A stretch of 49,030 nucleotides of DNA from Candidatus Xenobia bacterium (GTDB lineage Bacteria > Vulcanimicrobiota > Xenobia > Xenobiales > QWHO01). The translations under genes were made by a program, and so were the position numbers. Positions 17,773 through 27,605 of the stretch are shown in pieces (positions within the stretch are counted from its first letter, which is position 1; the number at the start of each line of letters is the position of its first letter). A model generated the notes under the pieces. That model made no database searches. It was not told the origin of the DNA and worked only from the letters and a program-made list of their open reading frames with translations. The stretch lies in NCBI GenBank assembly GCA_045863235.1, contig BTUM01000059.1, forward strand, positions 1 to 49,030, given 5' to 3'.

Positions 17773-20700
17773 GCGGCCACTTCTTGCTCGGTTTGGGAGG
17801 GCTGGGCTCACGGCTGGTCGGCCAATCCTGCGACTTGCTTGCGGGTCGGTCAGGGAGCGGCCGGCTGATCACGGCCTTGATCGATTCGGACAAAGCGGCC
17901 CTCAATACACTGGCGGAAAAGGCTTGCCAGTCCTACCACTTGGGAGCGCAGCCGGCCGAGAAGCTGCTGCTCAACCCGGGCGAATGGGAGCGTTTAGTTC
18001 CCCCTGGCGTCCAGCCGGAGTTGAGACGGGCCGGCTGCGGCGCGATTCGCATGCTGGGACGTCTGGCCTATCTGACTCACTACCGGTCGCTGCGCGAGTG
18101 GCTGGGGCCCATGCTGCTCGAGCTCGGCCAAACCGGCTCGATCCGGGTGACCCTGGTCGGCTCGCTGGCCGGAGGCACAGCCAGCGTGCTCTTGTGTGAG
18201 CTTCCCTTCCTGTTCCGCCACCTGAGCCAGGAGCTCACTGCGACGATCCCGCTGACCATTGAGGCGGTGGTTCTCGGCTCTGCTCGCCCGGCCCGCCACG
18301 AGCGGGGAGCCTCCAACCCCTATGCGACCTTGATCGAGCTCAATCACTGGCAGGCCTCGGACACAGTTTACCGACTTCAAGTGCCGGGCGAGACCGAGTG
18401 GGAGTGGCCGACACCACCCTTCGAGCAGATCTTGCTGTTCAGCTGTCGAGACCTTGAGGATCCGCGCGAGCACGAGGCTTTGAGCCTGCAGGTGAGCGCC
18501 TATCTGGGCCTGCCCCTGTGGCCGGCCTACACGGCCCTGGCCGAGGAGGTCGGCCGCCGACAGGCCGCTTTCTGGGGCCAGGCAGACGAGCGCGGGAACC
18601 CGGTGGCATTCTTTAGCCTGGGGAGCTCCTCCCTCTCCTTGCCCTTCGATGAAATTCGCACCGCCCTGGCATCCCGAATCCTGGCTCGACTGGTGGAGCG
18701 TTGGCAGCAGCAGATCGCGCGCCAATCGGAAGGTCCCGAGACCCCCCGAGCCGCTCTAGACTTCCTCCACCGGGAAGCTCTGGCCCGCCACGTCTTCGTG
18801 GAAGAGCTGGGCCGGGCAGCGGGCGGGCCGGGTGCTTTCCGCCAGAACCGCGAGCTAGCCGCCCTGCGGGAGGAATTGGAGCGAAAGCCCTCCCAGGGGC
18901 CGGCGCTGGTGGCCCGTCTGCGCACCCTCGAGAGCCTGTTCCTTGCCACTCTGGGCGAAAGCCGACCTGATGGCCTGTTTGGCAGGGTGAGCGAGCGAGG
19001 GAGCGAGCTAGTAGCCCGCGGGACGAAGGCTCTTTCCGAAGAGGTGAATGGCTTTTTCCGCAGTGATCGACCCTTGGGCTATGCCACCTATCTCGAGCAA
19101 CTCTCCGATGCCCTGGGCGACCGCTTGCGCTCGCTCTATGAGGAAATGAGCCAGCTCGAACTGGACGAGCTTCGGCTTTCGCAAGAAAAGGAGCAGGGGC
19201 TGCGACAGGCCGAGGCTGAGGATGTGGGCGTGCTCGACCGCGTCTTTCGCCGCAAACGGACGAGCTCACCCGCTGCCCCCCTGGCCGAGCTGATCGAACG
19301 ATATTACCAATGCCGACTTGGCCTGCACATCCATCGCGAGGCCTGGAACGCCTTCCAGGAGCTGCTGTTGCTGGTGGAACGGCTCCGCTCGGAGGTGCGC
19401 ACCGTCTACGACTACCTCGAGCAGATGGCCACTCTGCTCAAGGACCGTCACACCCAGGCCCTGGGCCAGATCTTCTCGATGCCGGGCGAGGTATTGATCA
19501 GTCGTCCCGAGGTGGACGAATATCTCGTCGACCGAGCCGCGGGAGACCAGGTCGATACCGCGGCCGGATGGGTTCGAGAGGCCCTTCAGCTCGAATTGCC
19601 CGAGCTACCCCACCATTTCAAGCCCAGCGAAGCGGCTCACGCGATGATCATGGCGGTGGGACAACGACTCGCGGGTCTTGAGGGCATCGATGCGGTGGAC
19701 AAATTCTTCCAGCGCTACCAGGGACCGGCCGCCGAAGTCCAACTCGAGCAGTTGCTCGCTCGAGCCAGGCCAACCTTGCAGCCGCGCCAGCAGCTCGAGG
19801 ACTGGACGCCTCAAGAGGCGGTCCTGGTAGCCCTGCATTCTGGGACGGGCGAGGAGAGCCCCGCCCACCAGAAACTGACCGCTTTCCTGCTGGGGCAGGG
19901 GCTCAACCTGAGCATCGTCCCCTTCCTGAGCCGAGATCGACTGGTCTTTTTGCGCATGGCGGGGGGGGTGCCGCTCCGTGCCCTGGAGCTGGCTCCTTTG
20001 CATCAAGCCTACCTCAGCGAGCTCCAGGGCTCCAGGATTGCCCCCCATTGCCGTACCGACGTGCGCTGGAGGGCTCTGTCGCGCCCTTCGAATTCCGAGG
20101 TCGAGCGACTCTGGGAAAACCTGGCCGTGGCCGTCCGTCTGGGCCACCTGGAGACCGGAGACTTCTTCAGCAGCCCCCGCTGCCCGGATCTAACCTCGGT
20201 TCTGGCCTGTCAGGCCCTCTATGCCGAAGTGGAGGAGGGACTGCTGACCGAGGTCAATCTGCTGAAGGGATTGGAGCGCTGGCAGCAAGAGTGGATCGAG
20301 GAACAGGGCGTGGAGGCCTTCCTCAGACGGCTCGACCAACCAGACGACCAGACTCTGTTGGGCCGCGAACTGCACGAACCGCTGCGAAGGGCTGCGGCTC
20401 GCCTGCGCCAACAGATGGAAGGAAGCTGGGCGGAGTGGGAAGCGGTCATCGCCGGCTACCTGAGTCATTCTCCCACTCTGACCGAGATCGACCTGGTCGA
20501 GATCCCGGCAGGATTCCGAGCCTGGGCCATGAGCCAGTTCCAACAAGTCCACCCCGCCGACAGGGTGACCTTCCAGGCCGCCACGGGAACCCTCGAGGTT
20601 CGCCGAGCGGGCGATCGTGCCCATCTCGAGGCCGCCTGCAGGCGGCTTGTGGAGAGCCAGACGGGCGATCAGGAAGGATTCGCCCGGGCGGTCGGCGATC

Positions 20701-22148
20701 TGGCCGACACTTTCTGCCAGGCCCTCGGCTGGCATTCCGACCGGGCCCTGGGACTGGGCACCGTCTGGGGAAAACTCGTCAAAACCCACGGTCTGCGAGT
20801 CAAGATCCCCTCCCCCCTGCCGTTCCTGGCCTGCCAGAGAGCAATTCTGAGCCACCAGGACGCGGCCAACCTCCGTTTGCTGCTCGAGCAACTCGGCCAG
20901 GTGAATCGCTTTGGAATCCTGATCGTGACGGGCGAGCGCGAGTCCAACCACGCCATCCTGGCCGAGGGACTTGCTGGTCTCCTCCCCCCCACCCTGATTC
21001 TGCTGACTCCTGACGACCTCGTGCGAATGATGGGCAGCGAGAATCCGTTGGCCAGCCTGCTCGAGCAGGTCGACCTGGCGGCCATCTCGCCCTTCGTCAC
21101 CGAAGGTCCCGTGCCGCCCTCGATGTTCTTCGGCCGGGAGAGCGAGCTCAGAGAAGTCCTCTACCGACTCGAGCACAGCAATCTGGCGCTGGTTGGACCG
21201 CATCGCATCGGCAAGACCTCCCTCTTGCAGCGATCGCTCGAAGCCCTGAGGCGTAGCGAACTTGCCGTTTTCTATCTCGACTGCCACTCGCTGGCACGAG
21301 GCTCGGACTTTTTGCTCCATCTGGCCTCCGAGCACCTGAGCGACTGGGAGCCCCGGATGAGCTTCCCTGCCATCCTGATGGAGCTGCAGCATCGCCACGA
21401 TGGACGCCAGGCCCTTTTGATCCTCGACGAGATCGACCCTCTCCTCACCAACGACCAGGCCAACTCCGAATTTCTCGCTCGGGCGTTTCGCCAGGCAGCG
21501 AGCGAGGGAAAGGCCCGTTTCCTCCTGGCCGGGGACAGCTCCCTGCATCAGCGCTTGCACCAGGCTGAATCGGCTTTCTGCAACCTCGCCTATCCGGTGA
21601 AACTGGGTTTCTTGCCGCCAAGCGAGGCCTCAGCACTCATTTTAGAGCCGCTCGAGCAGCTGCAAGTCCGCTTCGAAAACTCCCAGGAGGCGCTCGACCT
21701 GCTTCTTTATGTGACCGCCGGCCACCCGAACCTGATCCAGAGGGCCTGCAGCGCTCTCGTGTCCCGGCTGAGCCCGTCCAAAACTCGACAGGTCGATCGC
21801 GACCTCCTGGAAGAGGTTCTCGGGGAGAAGAGTTTTGGGGAAGAGTATCTCGCGACCCTGTGGGGCTCGAGCGGGACGAAAGAAAGACTCGTCTCGCTGG
21901 CAATCGAGCCGGATGAGGAGTTGACTGTCCAGGAACTGCACGGTCGACTGGAGTCGGACTTCAAGGTCAAGCTGGCTATGCCAGAGCTGCTCGATAGCCT
22001 GGAGAATCTCTGCTTCTGCGGAATTCTGGAGAGACAGGGCTCGCGGTTCGGGTTCGCCACCCGCTCCTTCCCTGAGGTGGTGCGCCACTTGATGGATGTC
22101 CATGAGGGCGTGGAGCGGTATCGGGAAGAGCTCCTCAAGGGGGTCTGA
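17769..22148 (+). CDS. tubulin-like (Tubulin_2) domain protein fused to C-terminal STAND-like AAA ATPase
   Basis: N-terminal LLGLGGLG, GCGAIRMLGRLA and GSLAGGTAS. C-terminal SPFVTEGPV..FFGRESE, Walker A GPHRIGKTS, Walker B LLILDEID and TAGHPNLIQ. Confidence 0.85.
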   Translation: MSGHFLLGLGGLGSRLVGQSCDLLAGRSGSGRLITALIDSDKAALNTLAEKACQSYHLGAQPAEKLLLNPGEWERLVPPGVQPELRRAGCGAIRMLGRLAYLTHYRSLREWLGPMLLELGQTGSIRVTLVGSLAGGTASVLLCELPFLFRHLSQELTATIPLTIEAVVLGSARPARHERGASNPYATLIELNHWQASDTVYRLQVPGETEWEWPTPPFEQILLFSCRDLEDPREHEALSLQVSAYLGLPLWPAYTALAEEVGRRQAAFWGQADERGNPVAFFSLGSSSLSLPFDEIRTALASRILARLVERWQQQIARQSEGPETPRAALDFLHREALARHVFVEELGRAAGGPGAFRQNRELAALREELERKPSQGPALVARLRTLESLFLATLGESRPDGLFGRVSERGSELVARGTKALSEEVNGFFRSDRPLGYATYLEQLSDALGDRLRSLYEEMSQLELDELRLSQEKEQGLRQAEAEDVGVLDRVFRRKRTSSPAAPLAELIERYYQCRLGLHIHREAWNAFQELLLLVERLRSEVRTVYDYLEQMATLLKDRHTQALGQIFSMPGEVLISRPEVDEYLVDRAAGDQVDTAAGWVREALQLELPELPHHFKPSEAAHAMIMAVGQRLAGLEGIDAVDKFFQRYQGPAAEVQLEQLLARARPTLQPRQQLEDWTPQEAVLVALHSGTGEESPAHQKLTAFLLGQGLNLSIVPFLSRDRLVFLRMAGGVPLRALELAPLHQAYLSELQGSRIAPHCRTDVRWRALSRPSNSEVERLWENLAVAVRLGHLETGDFFSSPRCPDLTSVLACQALYAEVEEGLLTEVNLLKGLERWQQEWIEEQGVEAFLRRLDQPDDQTLLGRELHEPLRRAAARLRQQMEGSWAEWEAVIAGYLSHSPTLTEIDLVEIPAGFRAWAMSQFQQVHPADRVTFQAATGTLEVRRAGDRAHLEAACRRLVESQTGDQEGFARAVGDLADTFCQALGWHSDRALGLGTVWGKLVKTHGLRVKIPSPLPFLACQRAILSHQDAANLRLLLEQLGQVNRFGILIVTGERESNHAILAEGLAGLLPPTLILLTPDDLVRMMGSENPLASLLEQVDLAAISPFVTEGPVPPSMFFGRESELREVLYRLEHSNLALVGPHRIGKTSLLQRSLEALRRSELAVFYLDCHSLARGSDFLLHLASEHLSDWEPRMSFPAILMELQHRHDGRQALLILDEIDPLLTNDQANSEFLARAFRQAASEGKARFLLAGDSSLHQRLHQAESAFCNLAYPVKLGFLPPSEASALILEPLEQLQVRFENSQEALDLLLYVTAGHPNLIQRACSALVSRLSPSKTRQVDRDLLEEVLGEKSFGEEYLATLWGSSGTKERLVSLAIEPDEELTVQELHGRLESDFKVKLAMPELLDSLENLCFCGILERQGSRFGFATRSFPEVVRHLMDVHEGVERYREELLKGV

Positions 22149-22238
22149 CCCTCGCGGAGGAACTCCAGCCGGGTCGTAGAATCTGCAGCGGCATTTTGCC
22201 AGCGCAAATTGCGCACGTGACTTGGAGGAGAAACCAGA

Positions 22239-22850
22239 ATGAAATTCCGCACGAAGTTCGTAGCGGTGGCCTTGGGGGTCCTGAGCGCTGTCTTGCTCAA
22301 TGCCTCTTCGAGTCAGGCCGCCACCACCTGGGACGCGGTAAAGAAGAAGATCGAAGGCTGCAAGGACTACTCCTTGACCTATGCCTACAACGGCCCCAAG
22401 GGCAAGTTCAATTTTGAGTATGTCTTTGTCGCCTCTCCCATGAAGATCCGCACCAAGATTCTCCGCGGCAGCGACCGCAATGTCGGAACCGTCACGGTTT
22501 ACGACAAGGACAAGGACGCCAACACGGTAGCCTACCGAGTGGGCTCTTCGCAGCTCAAGCGCAGCCTCGACCACAAAGACGTGACCGGCACCGCTTTTTA
22601 CCAGGGCGTCTACACCCTGGTGCTCAGCAACGTGAAGGGCGCCACCCCCAAGGTGAGCGCGGGCGAGACCATGAAGGGCAAAGCCACCACGCTGTTCGAG
22701 TTCAATGTGGGCGCGGGTGGCACGTACAAGATCTGGGCTACCGACGATGGCGACATCGTGCAGACCCAGAAGATTGAGGGCGCCAAGGTGACCGAGGAGC
22801 GCAAGTTCAGCGACATCAAGTGGAATTCGAATCCCAGCACCAGCTGGTAA
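22239..22850 (+). CDS. secreted protein, possibly LolA-like beta fold
   Basis: SD GGAGG, Sec signal peptide ending in SQA, beta-strand-rich mature region. Confidence 0.8.
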   Translation: MKFRTKFVAVALGVLSAVLLNASSSQAATTWDAVKKKIEGCKDYSLTYAYNGPKGKFNFEYVFVASPMKIRTKILRGSDRNVGTVTVYDKDKDANTVAYRVGSSQLKRSLDHKDVTGTAFYQGVYTLVLSNVKGATPKVSAGETMKGKATTLFEFNVGAGGTYKIWATDDGDIVQTQKIEGAKVTEERKFSDIKWNSNPSTSW

Positions 22851-22876
22851 GCTCGAATCGAGTCCGTTCAGTCACT

Positions 22877-22908
22877 GCAGGCCCGCTCCGGCGGGCCTGC
22901 TCTGTTTC
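22877..22908 (+). terminator. intrinsic terminator
   Basis: GCAGGCCCGC-TCCG-GCGGGCCTGC followed by TCTGTTT. Confidence 0.75.
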
Positions 22909-22919
22909 CTGGGACCGCC

Positions 22920-23391
22920 CTACCCCGTCACCAGTTCGGCGTCGAAGGCCGACTCGGCCCCCTCGGCCGGGGCGGCCGGCTGGGCCGGCGCGGGGCGGCT
23001 GGCCGTGGTGGCAGCCCGGCGGCGGGGTGGAGGCGGAGGCGGAGGCGGAGGCGGAGGCGCCTCCTCCATCGGCTCCAGCTCCACCTCGATCCCCAGGCCC
23101 TCATGGTCGACCCGCTCGTAGCGATCGAACCAGGCCAGCGAAGGAAGCGTGATCTCGAGGTCCTGGAGAAAGCCGACGTAAACGACCGCTCCCACGACAC
23201 CCCAGCTGAGACCCACCAGCATCAGAACGAGGGCCTGGGGACCAAAGCTCTCACCTGTCAAGATGAATCCCAGCCAGCCCAACAGCGATCCCAACAGTGC
23301 TCCGAGCCCCACCGTGCGATTGCAGAACAAACCCAGCAGGGCTTTCAGAGCCGGGGACTCGGAGGCCAGCGTCTGCAGTCGGGTCGTCATC
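22920..23391 (-). CDS. membrane protein with poly-proline tail
   Basis: Two TM helices and a PPPPPPPPPPP tract encoded by a (GGAGGC)n repeat. ATG at 23391. Confidence 0.7.
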
Positions 23392-23455
23392 GCAGCCTCA
23401 GAATAGCATCCGGCCGCCTGGCGCAAGCGTCGTAATTGTTTCGGAATCCTGAACT

Positions 23456-23476
23456 ATGTAAACCGGATGTAAACCG
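23456..23476. promoter_or_regulatory. direct repeat ATGTAAACCG x2, candidate regulator site
   Basis: Exact 10-mers at 23456 and 23467 (11-bp period) in an intergenic region. Confidence 0.45.
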
Positions 23477-23525
23477 TGGCCCGAATTCTCCGGCCGAGTT
23501 GATGGGATGGAACTACGGAGCTGCT

Positions 23526-23972
23526 TTAGAGCAACTCGAGGCAGGCCTTCAGGAAGGCCTCAGGGTCGGGCTCTCGGCCCGAGCCGAATTCCCCAAAATT
23601 GCTGTGCTCGCCATGGGTGGACCATTCGCAATGCATCATGTTCGGATTTCCGTCCAGGTCCTCGCCCAACTCCAGCACGAAGTAACGCACTTTGTCCCCT
23701 CGCACCACGACTGCGGCCAGGATGGCCTCGGGCGGGAAGCGAGCCGGGGGCATGGTGACCAGCACCACCTTGTCCTGACCCAGCTCGCGCAACTCGGTGC
23801 TCAACCCCTTGGGAGAGATCGGGCGGGGGTTGTCATCCCCGACCCGTTCCCAGATCAGGCCGATCCAGCCGGGGTCTTCAGCCGCCAACAGAAACTTGGC
23901 AGGGGAGCTGAGCGCCAGATGGGGCAGGACCCGATGCGCAAATTGATAGTGCTGGTCGCGGGGGCGGCTCAT
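23526..23972 (-). CDS. hypothetical protein
   Basis: 148-aa ORF overlapping the hisS stop (ATGA). Contains RYFVLE...CEW...H.NFG. Confidence 0.75.
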   Translation of the reverse strand: MSRPRDQHYQFAHRVLPHLALSSPAKFLLAAEDPGWIGLIWERVGDDNPRPISPKGLSTELRELGQDKVVLVTMPPARFPPEAILAAVVVRGDKVRYFVLELGEDLDGNPNMMHCEWSTHGEHSNFGEFGSGREPDPEAFLKACLELL

Positions 23973-25273
23973 GCTGGCACCTTCTCACGCCCGGTCAGCC
24001 AGTCTTGCAGACCGAGCGTGATCTGCTGGCCGGTGGCCAGGGCCTTCACCTCGACCTGGGCGGGCCACAGATAGGGGAACATCACGTGCGGGATCTCCTT
24101 GCGGTCGGCATAGCGAATCTGTTTGTCCAGCTTGGCGGGCTCGTGGAACACCTCGGCCGGGACATTGGCGGCTCGCAACTGGCGAGCGATGTCGTTGGCC
24201 GCGCTGCGATGCTCTTCGCCTGGGAGCACCACCAGAACCTCGGTGGGGCTCGAGCGGGTGGGGTTCCAGCCCCCCTTGCTGAACAGATAGGAGAGCAAGC
24301 GCGAGACTCCGATGGAAATGCCCACTCCGGGAAGTTTGCGCTTGATGAACTCGCTGGCCAGGTTCTCATAGCGCCCGCCCGAGCAGACGCTGCCCAGGGC
24401 GGGATAGTCAGGCAATACGGCCTCGTAAATGGTGCCGGTGTAGTAATCGAGGCCGCGCACGATGCCAAGATCGACCTCCAGGGCCTGGCCCAGGTGGGCC
24501 AGCTGAACGGCCACGAACTCGAGCTCGGCCAGACCCTCTTCCAACTGGGCCTCGCTAAGTCCGGAGGTGACGTCCCGACAGCCGGCTATCCCGCGAACCT
24601 GGGCCAGGGCCAGACAGCGCTCCACCTGCTTGGAGCTCAAGCCCTGCTCACCCAGAATGCGGGCCACCACCTCGGGGCCCACCTTCTCCAGCTTGTCCAC
24701 TTCGCGCAGGGCGGAGGCCACCTGCTCGCCCTCCAGACCCAGGGCCCGGTAGAATCCGAGCAAGACCTTGCGGTTGTTGATCCGGATGCGAACCCGAATA
24801 CCCAGCCGCTGGAAGATCTCAGCGATGATCGCCGCCATCTCGGCATCAAAGTGTAGCGCCAGAGTGTCCTCGGAGATGACGTCGATGTCAGCCTGATAAA
24901 ATTCTCGAAAGCGGCCCTGGGCGGGCCGCTCGCCTCGCCAGACCTTCTGAATTTGATAGCGCTTGTATGGAAAGCTCAGCTGAGGGTAGTTCTGGGCCAC
25001 ATAGCGGGCCAGGGGCACGGTGAGGTCAAAGTGCAGCGCCAGCTCGCGCTTGTCCGCCCCGGACTCGGCAGCCAGGCGCTCGAGAGCATAGATCTCCTTG
25101 CCCTCCACCCCTTTGGCCTGGAGCACCTCGACCCGTTCCACCGCCGCTGTCTCCAGCGAGGCGTAGCCATACAGCTCGTAGACGCGGCGGATGGTATCCA
25201 GCACCTCCAGCTCCTTCAGGCGCTGGGCTGGTAGCCATTCGGGAAATCCGCTGATCGCACTGGGCTTGAACAT
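23969..25273 (-). CDS. hisS: histidine--tRNA ligase
   Basis: FDLTVPLARY, RGERPAQGRFREFYQAD, VRGLDYYTG and GGRY motifs. Confidence 0.97.
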   Translation of the reverse strand: MFKPSAISGFPEWLPAQRLKELEVLDTIRRVYELYGYASLETAAVERVEVLQAKGVEGKEIYALERLAAESGADKRELALHFDLTVPLARYVAQNYPQLSFPYKRYQIQKVWRGERPAQGRFREFYQADIDVISEDTLALHFDAEMAAIIAEIFQRLGIRVRIRINNRKVLLGFYRALGLEGEQVASALREVDKLEKVGPEVVARILGEQGLSSKQVERCLALAQVRGIAGCRDVTSGLSEAQLEEGLAELEFVAVQLAHLGQALEVDLGIVRGLDYYTGTIYEAVLPDYPALGSVCSGGRYENLASEFIKRKLPGVGISIGVSRLLSYLFSKGGWNPTRSSPTEVLVVLPGEEHRSAANDIARQLRAANVPAEVFHEPAKLDKQIRYADRKEIPHVMFPYLWPAQVEVKALATGQQITLGLQDWLTGREKVPA

Positions 25274-25472
25274 TGCGGGGCGTTCGTCAGGGGCCCGGGG
25301 TGAACCTGCGACCGCGCAAGACGCGGCTCTTCTCGCCTGAGGACCAGGAACGTCGGCGCGGCGCGATCATTCCGGGGAAAGACTCTCTTGCGGCGTTGGT
25401 CGTCGCGCAGCTTCATGGGGGGGCCGGCTACCGGCTGTGCAATACGATGCAATCCCGCGCAACAATAACAAA

Positions 25473-25500
25473 GTGCCCCCCAACCTGGGCTGGGGGGCAC
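25473..25500 (-). terminator. intrinsic terminator after clostripain gene
   Basis: GTGCCCCCCA...TGGGGGGCAC hairpin followed on the minus strand by TTTGTTATTGTT. Confidence 0.7.
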
Positions 25501-25519
25501 TTCCTTGCAGGGACCCGAC

Positions 25520-27391
25520 TCAGGCCGCGATAGCCTGTTGGGGCTGAGGCTGAGGCTGGGCGGTCGGCGGTGCGGCCGGGGGGGCCGGGGGGGCCGGAGG
25601 CGCCGCCTGGGGCGGCGGCAATGCCGGCTTGTAAGTGGCCGCCGCAGCCAGCTTCTCATCCACCGTACGACTCCGGTTCTGATGATTGTTGACAATGGCT
25701 TTTCCGGTATTCACGGCCATGCGTCCCAGCGCCAGGGCCAGCACGCCCTGCGAAACGACCTGAAGGGCCGGGTTCATCGTACCCGTGAGCAGCGCACCGC
25801 AGGTGAGGGCGGTGCCCACGCCGATAGCCGTGTCGATGGCCCCGTCCACGATGAGATGGCGCCGATTGGCGGCCGGTGAATCGTCGCGACGGATGCCTTC
25901 GACGATCTTGCTGACGCCCGAGTGGGTGCGCAGTGCCGCGCCCACGGCGCCGGCAGCCACGGCCACCACGCCGGGAATGGGCAGCAGGTATGGGAAGCTC
26001 ATCAGCGGGTACCAGTTCAGGCCTGCGGCCGCAGTGGCGCCCGCGGCCGCATCCATGGCAAACTGGTAGCCGTAGAGACGGGAGATCTGCCCGAAGCTCA
26101 TCATACTGCGCGAGAGTTTGGGATAGCGGCCGAGCAGGTCGTCATCCTTGGCGATCGACTTGAGCATCTTCTCCCAGTTGGAGTTGTTCGAGCCACCGGC
26201 CCAGCTGGTGTTCTCGTAACCGTGGGTGCCGCCCACGGGAACGCCCTCCACCGGACTCTTGCCTTCGCGGTCAAAGCCATAGTCGGTGGGCAGGTAGGCC
26301 GACAGGCCCGTAGAGCCCTCCATCGAGCGGCCGACCATTCCGTTCGTCACCGAATGGTGCTCGGCCACCACAGCGTTGCCGAGCTGCTGCTTGATGGCCT
26401 CGGCCGCCTGGCGTACGTCGGCCGGGAAGCGCTCGTCCTTGGCCACCACCTTGGCGAAATCTCCCAGGTCGCGATAGTCGACATAGGGCTCGATGTGAGC
26501 CTCGATGTTGGCATAGTGTTGAGCTTGCTTGATATCCTTGCGCAACACGTCAACCAGCGAAGCATCCTGGCCGATAGCGCTGAGCATCTTGCCGGCGAAA
26601 TCCTCGCAAGCGTTGCGGATGCCCTCAGCGTGAGAGAGGTCTACGGCCGACTGGGTGGGGGTGAAGAGCGAGGTTCCGAACTGATGCTTGGACTCGTAGA
26701 CGAACAGCTGCGCGATCTCTTCGGCGCTCAGGTCGCGGCCTTTCTGGTAGGCCTGCTGGCAGTCCTCGATCACCTTGTGCTGGGGGGTGGTTCCGAACAA
26801 CCCCGGAATGGGAATGCGCAAACCCGCCTCGACCTCTTCCGAGCCGACCATATACTTGGCTACGTTGCGATACTCGTAGGCCACCTCGGCCTGGTTCATC
26901 AGGCAAGCGTTGAAGTTGATGACATCCAACTTCTGCCCGGTGTTCTGCTGGGCGCGCTCGAGCGCGGCCGCCAGGTCCTTGTTCTGACAGATCGAGCCGG
27001 CCTCATCGTCGGTCAGGATGCCTTTGAAGCCGGCTCCGTGATTCCATAGCACCAGCACGGTCTTCTCGGCCGGATAGGTGCGCATGCCCCACTCCACAAA
27101 GTCCTGCACCGACTGGGGGCTGCCCATGTCGACGTTACCGCGGTTCTCAAACGAACTCGTGCTGGCCCCCTTGGTGACCAGGCCGCGAACCACGTCCTCC
27201 TTCATCAAGCCGAGCTCGGCCACGACATTGACGTTGTCATCCGAGCCGACTTTGTCGAGAGAGTTGAAGGAGTGCTTGGCCATCGAGGAGAGGTTGTTCT
27301 TGCCGTCGATGAAGTAGAGCACGGTCAGGGCTTTCTTCTGCTGGGGCTTGGCGGTGCCGGTGGTGGCGGCGGGGAGGGGAGTGACCTGCAT
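25520..27391 (-). CDS. clostripain-family (C11) cysteine peptidase with C-terminal hydrophobic helices
   Basis: DGKNNL, LWNHGAG (His), FNACLM (Cys) and EVAYE motifs. Confidence 0.9.
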   Translation of the reverse strand: MQVTPLPAATTGTAKPQQKKALTVLYFIDGKNNLSSMAKHSFNSLDKVGSDDNVNVVAELGLMKEDVVRGLVTKGASTSSFENRGNVDMGSPQSVQDFVEWGMRTYPAEKTVLVLWNHGAGFKGILTDDEAGSICQNKDLAAALERAQQNTGQKLDVINFNACLMNQAEVAYEYRNVAKYMVGSEEVEAGLRIPIPGLFGTTPQHKVIEDCQQAYQKGRDLSAEEIAQLFVYESKHQFGTSLFTPTQSAVDLSHAEGIRNACEDFAGKMLSAIGQDASLVDVLRKDIKQAQHYANIEAHIEPYVDYRDLGDFAKVVAKDERFPADVRQAAEAIKQQLGNAVVAEHHSVTNGMVGRSMEGSTGLSAYLPTDYGFDREGKSPVEGVPVGGTHGYENTSWAGGSNNSNWEKMLKSIAKDDDLLGRYPKLSRSMMSFGQISRLYGYQFAMDAAAGATAAAGLNWYPLMSFPYLLPIPGVVAVAAGAVGAALRTHSGVSKIVEGIRRDDSPAANRRHLIVDGAIDTAIGVGTALTCGALLTGTMNPALQVVSQGVLALALGRMAVNTGKAIVNNHQNRSRTVDEKLAAAATYKPALPPPQAAPPAPPAPPAAPPTAQPQPQPQQAIAA

Positions 27392-27569
27392 CGTCTGGTG
27401 GTTCCCTTCGCTAGCTGGATTTTGTTCTATTTTCTCTGAGGGACATTATGCCGTTGCGCGTGACCGGGGGGGTGAATGAGTTGTAAACGTCGGCCCAGGC
27501 GCCCTGAAACAAGCCTGAATAGCCGATTTTCCGTGGTTCTGAACCCTCTTTGCGAACAAGAATTTGGGG

Positions 27570-27598
27570 TTGACACCACCTCGGGGGCGGGCTATATT
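27570..27598 (+). promoter_or_regulatory. sigma70 promoter driving the RNA array
   Basis: TTGACA (27570-27575), 17-nt spacer, TATATT (27593-27598). Predicted +1 near 27605-27606. Confidence 0.85.
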
Positions 27599-27605
27599 GA
27601 GCCCC

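Noticed and set aside
23028..23059. (GGAGGC)n repeat as a phase-variation switch
   Set aside because: The hexamer unit keeps the frame and simply encodes a poly-proline linker.
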